Positions 8,263 through 16,293 of a stretch of DNA of 64,000 nt are shown here, one piece after another. How positions within the stretch are numbered: position 1 is the stretch's first letter; every line of letters starts with the position of its first letter. The position numbers and the translations under genes are program-made. This DNA comes from Acidimicrobiia bacterium (lineage in GTDB: Bacteria > Actinomycetota > Acidimicrobiia > IMCC26256 > JANYLB01), in contig DASRPD010000098.1 in NCBI GenBank assembly GCA_035646535.1, forward strand, positions 33,827 through 97,826. Direction: 5' to 3'. The notes beneath the pieces were generated by a model, which was not told the origin of the DNA, did no database searches, and saw only the letters and a list, made by a program, of their open reading frames with translations.

Positions 8263-8514
8263 GTGGACCAGGATGGTGTGACCGCCGCGGTCGATGAGAT
8301 CGCAGCGCTGCTGCGCGCCGATGGCGGCGACCTCGTCCTCGTCGACGCTGATCCCGCCCGGGCCCGGATCACGCTGCGCCTCGAGCTCGACGGCGTCGAG
8401 TGCCTGGACTGCATCCTCGCCCCCGACGCGCTCGCCGAGACCGTGACCCAAGCCGTGCACCGCCGCGTCCCCGAAGAGTTCGAGCTCGTCCTGCACGACC
8501 CCCGCCGCGGGTAA
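8263..8514 (+). CDS. NifU C-terminal (Nfu)-like small protein with a single CxxC
   Basis: GTG 8263 lies 2 nt after the preceding stop. The protein reads VDQDGVTAAVDEIAALLRADGGDLVLVDADPARARITLRLELDGVECLDCILAPDALAETVTQAV, matching the Nfu/NifU_C pattern (..DGGD..lv......v.v.l.G.C..C...). Confidence 0.6.
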   Translation: MDQDGVTAAVDEIAALLRADGGDLVLVDADPARARITLRLELDGVECLDCILAPDALAETVTQAVHRRVPEEFELVLHDPRRG

Positions 8515-8597
8515 CGCCGGCCGGGCGATCCACCCGCCCGCTGTCGCCATCCCCTACCGGCACCTTGGAGACGCGGCGCACGCCGTTCTGTCCGCGC

Positions 8598-8647
8598 GTT
8601 CTGGGACGGTCAACCGCTCGCGAAGAGCGCGAGAACCGTCGTTCTGG
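8598..8647. repeat. 36-nt hairpin flanked by 7-bp direct repeats GTTCTGG; likely bidirectional terminator or miniature repeat element
   Basis: The element is GTTCTGG (8598-8604), then GACGGT..CTCGCG-aagag-CGCGAG.ACCGTC (8605-8640), then GTTCTGG (8641-8647). Further GTTCTG copies lie at 8585-8590 and 8658-8663. It sits between convergent genes ending at 8514 and 8699. Confidence 0.4.
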
Positions 8648-8698
8648 GCGCGCGCCTGTTCTGGCCGACCACGGACTAGAGCCCGTCGTCCGCCGTGC

Positions 8699-9370
8699 TT
8701 ACCGCCGCCAGAAGAGTAGGTGCGTAACGCCGCTGGGGCTGGGCACGGACTCGAGGTGGAACCGGTCGAGCAGGTCCTCGTGGGAGGTCCAGAGTCGCTC
8801 CCCTCGGCCGATCTCGATCGGCGCGACGGCGACATGGATGGTGTCGATGAGATCCGCCTCGAGGAACTGCCGAACAGTGGCGACGCCGCCTCCAACCCGT
8901 ACGTCCTTCCCCTCAGCGGCGTCCTTGGCTTGCCGCAACGCCTCCGCGGGCGTCGCATCGAGAAAGTGGAACGTGGTGTCGGCCAGCGTGAAGCTGGGTC
9001 GGTGATGGTGGGTGAGGACGAACACGGGGGTGTGGAAGGGCGGGGTGTCTCCCCACCACCCCTTCCAGTCGAGGTTCTCCCACGGGCCACGCTGCGGCCC
9101 GAACTTGTTGCGGCCCATGATCTCGGCACCGATGTTCCGCGTGAAGTCGCGAGTGAAGTAGTCGTCCAGCCCTCGGGATCCGCCGGGCTCGGTTCGGTTC
9201 GGCCAGCTCGCGGTGGCGCCCGCCCACGAGGCCAGGTCGGCCGGGAGGCGGGCGACGCCACCACCTCGGCGGTCGGCATGTCCGAAGGGCGCCTCGAGGC
9301 TCTGGCCTTCGCCAGCGCCGAACCCGTCCATCGACACGCAGAAGTTCTGCACTCGCAGCAGTTGAGACAT
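8699..9370 (-). CDS. dihydrofolate-reductase-like (RibD C-terminal domain) family protein
   Basis: Start at MSQLLRVQNFCVSMDGFGAG (ATG 9370, GAGGA upstream). The C-terminus VRVGGGVATVRQFLEADLIDTIHVAVAPIEIGRGERLW is typical of the RibD_C/DHFR-like family. Confidence 0.75.
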   Translation of the reverse strand: MSQLLRVQNFCVSMDGFGAGEGQSLEAPFGHADRRGGGVARLPADLASWAGATASWPNRTEPGGSRGLDDYFTRDFTRNIGAEIMGRNKFGPQRGPWENLDWKGWWGDTPPFHTPVFVLTHHHRPSFTLADTTFHFLDATPAEALRQAKDAAEGKDVRVGGGVATVRQFLEADLIDTIHVAVAPIEIGRGERLWTSHEDLLDRFHLESVPSPSGVTHLLFWRR

Positions 9371-9495
9371 TCCTCGATCCTTTCTCGATCTGTGCGTACG
9401 CCGTTTTGGGATGGTCTGCATGGTCCGTCGGGGACGGATGACCCCGTCGAGACGTGCCGCGTCGCCGGCGTTCGGGTCACGGCCATCGTGAAGGT

Positions 9496-9984
9496 TCAGG
9501 CGACCCCGAGATGGCGAGCGAGCTTGTGCATCGTCTGCAGACCGAGTTCGACAGCGCCGAAGCCGATTTTTGCGTCTCGCTGCTCGACGGTTGGGTGGAG
9601 CTGTCGCAGGGTCAGCACCGTCTTTCCGTCGGCTTGTTCGTCGAGGGTGATCGTCACTCGGAAGCGTGCCGGGTCATCGTCGGCGTCGGAGCCGTGATCC
9701 AGGACCAGCCTTTCGCTTGGAACGACCTCGAGGTATTCGAAGCGATTCGTGAACACGGTGCCGTCTCCGGAGGTCATGTCGAAGCACGCTCGGCCGCCCG
9801 GGCGCACGTCCATCTCTCGGACTGTGCAGGTGAAGCCCTCGGGGCCAAACCATTGGCAGAAGGCATCTGCATCGGTCCACGCGGCGAACACAGCTTCGCG
9901 TGCGGCGTCAAGAACTCGAACGAGGACGATCTCACGGTCGAGAGCCCACGTCGTCGGGTCGGTGATGGTCGGGGTACTGCTCAT
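9496..9984 (-). CDS. SRPBCC / Aha1-domain (activator of Hsp90 ATPase homolog-like) protein
   Basis: Start at MSSTPTITDP (ATG 9984), with an ATGA overlap to arsR. The blocks REIVLVRVLDAAREAVFAAWTDADAFCQWFGPEGFT...VFTNRFEYLEVVPSERLV are typical of AHSA1/SRPBCC proteins paired with ArsR regulators. Confidence 0.75.
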   Translation of the reverse strand: MSSTPTITDPTTWALDREIVLVRVLDAAREAVFAAWTDADAFCQWFGPEGFTCTVREMDVRPGGRACFDMTSGDGTVFTNRFEYLEVVPSERLVLDHGSDADDDPARFRVTITLDEQADGKTVLTLRQLHPTVEQRDAKIGFGAVELGLQTMHKLARHLGVA

Positions 9985-10346
9985 GACTTCTCCAATGTCG
10001 GTGGGGATGCGGTTCGGTCCGACGTGCGCCGGAGGTGCGCATCCAGGCGGTCGAGACGCTGCTCCCATGCAGCTCGGGTGTGCTCGGCCCATGCGGCGAT
10101 CTCGACCAAAGGCTCCGGCCGCAGCTGGCATGGCCGCCGTTGGCCATCTCGGCCGCGACTGATCAGACCCGCCTGTTCGAGGACCTTCAGATGACGGGAG
10201 ATGGCCGGAAGACTGATCGGGAAGGGTTCGGCCAACTCGAGCACCGTTGCCTCACCGTCGGCCAGCCGACGCACGATCGAGCGCCGCGTGGGGTCCGACA
10301 AGGCGGCGAAGACGACGTCGAACGGATCGGGGACCGTCACGGGCAT
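9981..10346 (-). CDS. ArsR/SmtB-family transcriptional regulator
   Basis: 121-aa ORF. FAALSDPTRRSIVRRLADGEATVLELAEPFPISLPAISRHLKVLEQAGLI is the canonical ArsR wHTH. GGAGGGA is present upstream. Confidence 0.9.
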   Translation of the reverse strand: MPVTVPDPFDVVFAALSDPTRRSIVRRLADGEATVLELAEPFPISLPAISRHLKVLEQAGLISRGRDGQRRPCQLRPEPLVEIAAWAEHTRAAWEQRLDRLDAHLRRTSDRTASPPTLEKS

Positions 10347-10383
10347 CGTTGCTGTCCCTCCGGCTGATACTTCACAGAGTCGT

Positions 10384-10412
10384 TATTTAACAGAATGCCT
10401 ACATATAGTCAA
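10384..10412 (-). promoter_or_regulatory. sigma70-type promoter of the arsR-SRPBCC operon
   Basis: The reverse strand reads TTGACT (10412-10407), a 17-nt spacer, then TAAATA (10389-10384). This is followed about 30 nt later by GGAGGGA and ATG 10346. It lies in the most AT-rich patch of the region. Confidence 0.6.
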
Positions 10413-10615
10413 TGGGCGGCCGGCGTGTCGACGCGGCACATCGCTCCAAAGTGCCGTACTGGGCGCACAACCCCGCGAGCACCAACGGTGGCTGGTGACC
10501 TCAGGACGCGCCCGAGTCGGCGATCTGCTCGCTGTCAAGCCCGCCGGTCGATGTCCCAGAACGCGCGGCGCCGCTTCAGGAGCGTGCCCACCAACGCCGG
10601 ATCCGGGCCGTGGTC

Positions 10616-10960
10616 CTAACCGGGAAGGTCGAGGAGCACGGCGATCGCCTCACGAAGCTGTGCGACCACGGCGGGCCCAACGTTCCCGCGCGTCGCGGCG
10701 ATACGGCTCGGGGACACGGCTCGAAGGTGTTGGCATTGCGCGGCGGAGGTCTCCTGCAGCCCGTTCGCGGTATCGGGATCGATCACGATCTCTGAGCCGA
10801 ACGGCCGGATCGTGGATGTGAGTGGAACGACATGGACGACCGAGGGGGTGGCGTCGAGGACGCGCTGAGCCGTCACCAAGACCGCGGGGTGGAGAAACCC
10901 AGCCTCCCGTCCCTCGGGGACCCCCAGCTCGAGATCGACGACGTCACCCGAGGTCGGCAT
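10616..10960 (-). CDS. mazF: PemK/MazF-family type II toxin (endoribonuclease)
   Basis: 114-aa ORF with GDVVDLELGVPEGREAGFLHPAVLVTAQ...VVPLTST..., the SH3-like PemK signature. It overlaps the upstream antitoxin ORF by 17 nt. Confidence 0.8.
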   Translation of the reverse strand: MPTSGDVVDLELGVPEGREAGFLHPAVLVTAQRVLDATPSVVHVVPLTSTIRPFGSEIVIDPDTANGLQETSAAQCQHLRAVSPSRIAATRGNVGPAVVAQLREAIAVLLDLPG

Positions 10961-11138
10961 CGAGCCAGGCAGTCTCGTCTTTGCGCAGGGGAGTGTTCAG
11001 CTCGTCGCCGATGCGGTCCTGGCGGAGGGCTCGAACCGCCAAGGAGACGGTGTTGCCGACGGTGGTGTTCAGCTCGGCCGCGAGCCGCTTGAGCTCCTCG
11101 TGCGTCGAGACATCGATCCTGACGCTCGTGCTCTGCAT
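10944..11138 (-). CDS. ribbon-helix-helix-type antitoxin partner of MazF
   Basis: MQSTSVRIDVSTHEELKRLAAELNTTVGNTVSLAVRALRQDR shows an RHH pattern. I prefer ATG 11138 over ATG 11150 because TATGCT (11151-11146) lies 7 nt upstream, a leaderless geometry. Confidence 0.65.
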   Translation of the reverse strand: MQSTSVRIDVSTHEELKRLAAELNTTVGNTVSLAVRALRQDRIGDELNTPLRKDETAWLDADLG

Positions 11139-11305
11139 GCAGATCAGCATACACCTCGCACCGTCCCGGATCGCCGGCTATGCGTCCCGACGCACTCGTG
11201 AGCCGATCGGCACTTCGAGGACACCCGAATCGGGGTCTTCAGCCCGCATTGTGGGCGAAACCTTCTGCCGATTCTCGTCTCGGGGACCGGTGTATCGGCC
11301 GGTGG

Positions 11306-11878
11306 TCATACGGCAGTCCCGGTGCCGGCGTCCCACACCGCGAGGAGCGCGTCCACATCGGCCTCGTCGTGCAGCTGCTCGGCGGGGTCGCGCGTGAACC
11401 TGTCGGCGCGCAGAAGCCTGCTGCCCCGCTGGGCGCGCTTCGGTGTTGGCGCGCCCGTAGTGTCGATGCGCTGGAGCGCGAGCACGAACCCGGCCAGGTC
11501 GACCGCCAGCTGGCACAGGTCGACCGGGCCGTCGGGCTTCGGGTTCTCCCCCTCGAGCCACGGCGAGACGTACCAGCGGAAGGAGTAGCCGTCGGCGGGA
11601 TCACCCAGCGCGAGCGGCGCCGGCACCTCGATCGGGAGGTGCGCCGCGAGCCTCGGGAGCCACCGGCTCTCCTTCTCCCCCTGCTGTTCCGCCCACCCGA
11701 TCTTCGGGAGGCGCACCGACCGGTCGTCGCCGAGCCGGAAGATTGCGTGGTCGGTGCCCCACGCCTCGACGCGAGTCAGCGCAAGGTCGGCGAGCGGTGG
11801 GAGCTGGGTCGCGAGCAGACGACGCACGAGCGCGTCGTCGACGTCGACCTCGTCGTCGTGCATCCGCGGGACCACCAC
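11306..11878 (-). pseudogene. truncated aminoglycoside/choline-kinase-type phosphotransferase (N-lobe only)
   Basis: The 190-aa ORF has the APH-type N-terminal region (DALVRRLLATQLPPLADL..EAWGTDHAIFRLGDDRSVRLPK...YVSPWLEGEN). It stops before the catalytic HGDxxxxN / DxD motifs. The 155 nt downstream (11151-11305) contain no matching frame. Confidence 0.6.
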
Positions 11879-12008
11879 GGTCGCTCATTCCAACGTCGGG
11901 CCTGGTCGGCGTCAATCCAATTTCGGTCAGTCGACGACGCCGTGATGGTCCGTGTGTCTCCTCACGCCGGCTCGGTGCTGCCGTTCCCGCCGAACGCCGG
12001 CGTTGTGG

Positions 12009-12851
12009 CTACCTCTGTGCGGGTGTTGCGGCGGCCCGGGCGTCGGCTACCAAGGCGACCATCGCCTGGCGGACCTGTTCGCCGGTGCTGCATTCCTGCG
12101 GGAAGCCGACACGGACCGCGGCACGACCGGCCGGGCTGACCGCGATCATCTCGAAGCCGTAGCGATCAACCGCGGACATGATGGCCTCGGTGGTGTCGGG
12201 TCGCTCGAGGAGGTGACGGCAGAACAAGACCTGCGCCTCAGCGTGGTCCGCGTTCATGTGCTCGATGATCCCTGCCGCCGCGCCGGTGAGCGGATCGGGT
12301 TCCGCCTCGGCGTACCCGGCCGCGTCGACCCAGCTCATCCGCCCGTAGCCACCCACGTAGCGGATGGACTGTACGTCGAGGCGGTAGAAGGTGAAGTCAC
12401 CGAAGTCGATGTAGTACGCCGATGCGGGGTTGGCCGCGAGGTACCGGTCGCGCGCGGTGGGGCGGTCGTCCTCGGCCACGGTCGAGAGCAGACCCAGCAA
12501 CGTGACTCTCCCGCTGGCGAGCGGGTCGGCCCCGTCGGGTACCGGTTCGGTCACCAACAGACTCGCCCGCGGGTCGCGGATCGCGTTTTGGGTGTGTTCG
12601 GCCATGAGGCTGACGAAGAAGAGCGGGTTCCCGCGATCGTCGAGGCCGTAGCTGGCAACTGAGCCGTACGGGTAGCCCGGCGGATCGGCGGCAAGCGTGG
12701 AGAGTGCCCCCCGGCTCGCCGAGGCGACGAGGGTGCGGCAGCGTTCGGCATGGGTGGGCTCGGGCGGTGGAGGCTCGCCCGGCCGCGCACTCGGCGCGGT
12801 ACCGCCCTCGTCGCCGGTGGGAACCTGGTGCCCGGTCGGTCGTTCGTTCAT
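12009..12851 (-). CDS. HugZ-like pyridoxamine-5'-phosphate-oxidase-fold + DUF2470 protein (heme-utilisation/heme-oxygenase-like)
   Basis: 280-aa ORF. ARTLVASASRGALSTLAADPPGYPYGSVASYGLDDRGNPLFFVSLMAEHTQN is the PNPOx split barrel. The C-terminal IIEHMNADHAEA is the DUF2470 motif. Confidence 0.75.
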   Translation of the reverse strand: MNERPTGHQVPTGDEGGTAPSARPGEPPPPEPTHAERCRTLVASASRGALSTLAADPPGYPYGSVASYGLDDRGNPLFFVSLMAEHTQNAIRDPRASLLVTEPVPDGADPLASGRVTLLGLLSTVAEDDRPTARDRYLAANPASAYYIDFGDFTFYRLDVQSIRYVGGYGRMSWVDAAGYAEAEPDPLTGAAAGIIEHMNADHAEAQVLFCRHLLERPDTTEAIMSAVDRYGFEMIAVSPAGRAAVRVGFPQECSTGEQVRQAMVALVADARAAATPAQR

Positions 12852-12917
12852 AGCGCCAAGCTACGGGGTGGCCGAGGGCTCGGTGTGCCGGCCGTTATCC
12901 GGAACGCCGGCGGTGTG

Positions 12918-13847
12918 TCAGCGAAGCAGTTCGATGACCTTGGCCATCGGCTCGAGATCCTTTTCGAACACGGTGATGTAGGAGATGCCCAGATGCTCCC
13001 GCTGCACTCGCAACTGCTCGGCAATCTGGGGCTCGGCGCCGATCAGCACGTAAGGCGACGACAGGACATCGTCGACGGCGAGCGACGGAAGCAACGGCTG
13101 GATCTCCGATGCGACGGCGCTTCGTTTCGGGGTCAACGTGACGCCCTGGACGAGCGTGCTGAGCTCGAGCTGGGCGAAGCGGTCCCCGGCCGTCGACCGG
13201 ACCCACTCGACCTGCGCCGCGAGACCTCCGTCGGTGAAGTGCGTCGGGTTCACCCGCTGTTGGCCCTCCACCTGACTGAAGCCGGTGAAGCTCACGATGT
13301 CAGCGAGACGGGCGGCGGTGGCAAGAACCTTGGGGCCGTTGCCGCCGATCAGCAGTGGAATCGGCGCCTGCACCGGAGGTGGGAAGCAGCGGTGGGTCTC
13401 GATCCGATAGTGCCGGCCGGTGAACGAGACCTCCTCACCGGTCCAGAGCCGGCGGAGGATCTCCGCCGACTCGGCCATCCGCGCCACACGTACTTCCGGA
13501 GCCTCGAAGGCAATGCCGACTTCGGTGTACTCGTGCTGCATGTGTCCAGCACCCAGCCCGAGCTCGAGACGACCGTCGGTCAACAGGTCGACCGTCGCCG
13601 CCTCACGAGCTAAGAGCACCGGATGACGGAAGTCGTTGTTGAGCACCAACGTCCCGACCCGCAGACGATTCGTCGCTTCAGCAGCCGTGACGAGCGCACT
13701 CAGAGGCGAGAGCATTCCCTCCGCCACATGGTCACCCACCAGCAGCGTGTCGAACCCGAGCGCCTCCGCCCGTCGCGCCTTCTCGCGCCACTCCACCCGA
13801 CTCGATGCTCCCGAGATCGAAACGCCGAACCGGAACGCCGCAGACAC
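12918..13847 (-). CDS. LLM-class flavin/F420-type oxidoreductase (second copy)
   Basis: 309-aa ORF with FDTLLVGDHV, LVLNNDFRHPVLLAREAATVDLLTDGRLELGLGAG and PIPLLIGGNGPK. Confidence 0.85.
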   Translation of the reverse strand: MSAAFRFGVSISGASSRVEWREKARRAEALGFDTLLVGDHVAEGMLSPLSALVTAAEATNRLRVGTLVLNNDFRHPVLLAREAATVDLLTDGRLELGLGAGHMQHEYTEVGIAFEAPEVRVARMAESAEILRRLWTGEEVSFTGRHYRIETHRCFPPPVQAPIPLLIGGNGPKVLATAARLADIVSFTGFSQVEGQQRVNPTHFTDGGLAAQVEWVRSTAGDRFAQLELSTLVQGVTLTPKRSAVASEIQPLLPSLAVDDVLSSPYVLIGAEPQIAEQLRVQREHLGISYITVFEKDLEPMAKVIELLR

Positions 13848-13919
13848 GTCAAGATCATTGCAGCCCCACCGCCCCCGAACGTCGCTTCCGGGCTTGGGCC
13901 GAGGTGGGAGGTGGAATGC

Positions 13920-14372
13920 TCAGGCGCTGGCGAAGTGATGGCGGGCGAGCTCGGCCAAGCGTTCAACGTCGACAAGTTCGGGTGCCTGACCGGTCTCGAA
14001 CATCGCGACCTGCAACGCGGGTCCGTGCTTGCCGAAGGCGGTCATCTGTCCTTTGGTGATCGGCTGCACCACGTAGTGGATGTGTACGGGCACTCCGCCG
14101 GCGTGGGACCAGGGGCAGTTGTAGACCTGGTCGGCATCGACGAGGTCTCGCGCAACGGTTGACGCGCGCTGCAGCAGTGGGCCGAGCTCGGTGGTCTCGC
14201 CACCGGACAGTTCCGCGACGGCGGTCACGTGGCGCTCGGGCTTGACGATCAGGGTGCCGGGTCCGAGCGGCCCAATGCAGTGCTCGACGAGCCAGTGGTC
14301 GGTCCTGTGGATGAGCCCGCCCGGTAAGAACCGTCGACCGTCGGACAGCTCGCACGCCACACACTCACCCAT
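13920..14372 (-). CDS. HIT (histidine triad)-like family protein
   Basis: 150-aa ORF. It has an N-terminal CxxC (CVAC) and GTLIVKPERHV. The degenerate triad GGVPVHIHYVVQP is H-x-H-x-Y instead of HxHxH. Confidence 0.6.
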   Translation of the reverse strand: MGECVACELSDGRRFLPGGLIHRTDHWLVEHCIGPLGPGTLIVKPERHVTAVAELSGGETTELGPLLQRASTVARDLVDADQVYNCPWSHAGGVPVHIHYVVQPITKGQMTAFGKHGPALQVAMFETGQAPELVDVERLAELARHHFASA

Positions 14373-14583
14373 CGCCGAAGCATCCCATGTCGCGGTGGCC
14401 GGGACGTCGGTGGTGAGCCCATCAGGACGCGAACGCGAGCGTCACCAAACGCCGGCTGTGGGGCGAGGCGGCCTGCTTTGCGCGGTATGACAGTAGGAGA
14501 CCCGCCGGTGCGCGCGACAAGACCTGAATCCTCGATCTTCCACGTCGTGTGCCTCGCCTCGCGGATTCCGCCCTTGCTCAACC

Positions 14584-14603
14584 GTTACCGTGTCCGGTAA
14601 CAT
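14584..14603 (+). promoter_or_regulatory. perfect palindrome (operator candidate) overlapping a TANNNT box directly upstream of the DUF4160 gene
   Basis: GTTACCG (14584-14590), tgtc, CGGTAAC (14595-14601). TAACAT (14598-14603) ends 6 nt before GTG 14610. There is no Shine-Dalgarno. Confidence 0.5.
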
Positions 14604-14609
14604 CTTGCA

Positions 14610-14804
14610 GTGCCAAAGATCGGCCGCGGTGGCTTCGTCTTCCTTGCCTGGGCGGGTGACCACAGCCCACGGCACGTGCACGTGTATCGGGACGGGACGC
14701 TCGTCGTGAAGTGGGACCTCGACAATTGGCAGCCCATGAAGGGGCAAGCGTCGGCGCGTCTCCAGCGACTTCCGAGCGAACTGGTGGAAGAGGGACGGCT
14801 ATGA
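14610..14804 (+). CDS. DUF4160-family small protein (toxin-antitoxin-like pair, component 1)
   Basis: 64-aa ORF. FVFLAWAGDHSPRHVHVYRDGTLVVKWDL matches the DUF4160 core (..H.PpHvHv...g). Its stop overlaps the next ATG (ATGA at 14801-14804). Confidence 0.7.
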   Translation: MPKIGRGGFVFLAWAGDHSPRHVHVYRDGTLVVKWDLDNWQPMKGQASARLQRLPSELVEEGRL

Positions 14805-15283
14805 AGGTTCTGAGCGTGGAGGCCAACAATCGCAGGCACCTCTTCGAGGTCCGAACGCGAAGGCAGGGCTTCGTGTTCCCCTACGCCAAGGCCGACCCGG
14901 CTCCATCCGCCGGCGATCGGGTTGCCGAGGCCTTCGTGGACCCAGAGCTCGGTCGTGAAGCGTTTACGTTTCGGCTCGCTTCAGGCGCCGAGGGCAGCGT
15001 GCATGTCGACGCCGTCCTCGAGTACAACGAGGACCCGTCACACATGGCTGATCTTGTTCTGTACCGCCTGACCCGGGAGGCACGAACACGCTTCGACAAG
15101 TCGGGTCTGTCGACTCGCGAGGTCGCGCGATCGCTCGGGACGTCTCCGACTCAGCTCTACCGTCTCCTCGACCCGACGAACTACACCAAGTCCCTGCGAC
15201 AGCTCATGGCGCTGCTGTACCTGCTCGGCTGTGACGTCGACGTCGAGGTCAAGGAGCGGCGGCAAGGTCGTGCTGCCTCCTGA
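14801..15283 (+). CDS. DUF2442-like N-domain fused to a C-terminal XRE-type HTH (pair component 2)
   Basis: Start at MKVLSVEANNRRHLFEV (ATG 14801). The C-terminal LSTREVARSLGTSPTQLYRLLDPTNYTKSLRQLMALLYLLG is an HTH_3-like segment. Confidence 0.6.
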   Translation: MKVLSVEANNRRHLFEVRTRRQGFVFPYAKADPAPSAGDRVAEAFVDPELGREAFTFRLASGAEGSVHVDAVLEYNEDPSHMADLVLYRLTREARTRFDKSGLSTREVARSLGTSPTQLYRLLDPTNYTKSLRQLMALLYLLGCDVDVEVKERRQGRAAS

Positions 15284-15412
15284 ACTGGTGGGGGTCGTTC
15301 ATCGGCATCGTTACTGCCGCCACCTGGCTCACCGGTTCCCGGCGCGCTCAGCCCCGGGTCGATCCACTGAGCAACTGCTACCTCGCCCGGGCTGGTACGG
15401 GCGCGCCGGGGG

Positions 15413-16138
15413 TCACGCGTCGTCAACCTTGGCGACGTAGACGGTGCTGGCGGATTCGCCGCCCGTGTAGAAGTTCGCGAAGGTGATGACGTGCGCCTCG
15501 CAGGACGCGAAGACTTCTTTGACGACGGCGATGGAGTCGCGGTCGGGCGGGTCATCGGACCACAGCCCGAAGACGCCCCCCGGGTGGAGGCGGCCGGCGA
15601 GGCGCGCCAGCCCCTCCGGCTCGTAGAAGGGGGCATGGCTGGGATGCAGGAGGTGCCGGGGCGTGTGGTCGATGTCCACGAGAATGGCGTGGCACCGGTC
15701 GGGCGCGTGGGGACCGAAGCTGGAGCCTCCGCCAACCATCGCGAAGAAGTCTCCGTTGATCAGGTGGCATCGCGGATCCGAGGTCAACACGGTGGCGAGC
15801 GGGAGCAGGTCCTGCTGGTGCCACTCGATCACCTCGCTCAACGCCTCGACAACGCGTACGGAGCGCACTCGGGGATCCTCCAAGACAGCTCGCGCCGTGT
15901 AGCCGAGACCGAGGCCGCCCACGACGACGTCGACGTCGATGTCGGTACCCGGTAGCTCGGCGAGCGCAAGCTTGGCGAGCTCGATCTCAGCGACCGTGAA
16001 CAGGCTCGACATGAGGAACTCGTCGTCCAGCTTTACCTCGTAGACGTCGATCAGGAGCGTTGGCTCCAGCCTTCGCCGCACGGTGATCTCACCCATCGGT
16101 GTCTGGCGGCGGTCGATCTCCTCGAAACGCGCACTCAT
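15413..16138 (-). CDS. spermidine-synthase-like class I SAM-dependent methyl/aminopropyl-transferase
   Basis: Start at MSARFEEIDRRQTPMGEI (ATG 16138). It has VVVGGLGLGYTARAVLEDPRVRSVRVVE (SAM motif I) and ILVDIDHTP. Confidence 0.7.
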   Translation of the reverse strand: MSARFEEIDRRQTPMGEITVRRRLEPTLLIDVYEVKLDDEFLMSSLFTVAEIELAKLALAELPGTDIDVDVVVGGLGLGYTARAVLEDPRVRSVRVVEALSEVIEWHQQDLLPLATVLTSDPRCHLINGDFFAMVGGGSSFGPHAPDRCHAILVDIDHTPRHLLHPSHAPFYEPEGLARLAGRLHPGGVFGLWSDDPPDRDSIAVVKEVFASCEAHVITFANFYTGGESASTVYVAKVDDA

Positions 16139-16293
16139 GTGTTTGCTGGCTCCATCGCGGGCACCGTACACACCCGCGGCAGTCCCACTCGGCTGGCCTT
16201 CGACCCTGCGAGCGCGTCGAGGACGGTCGTGCGGGTGCGGTTCGCACCGGGAGAGCGCGGGTTCGAGGTACAGGCCGCCGAGGCCTACCCGGG

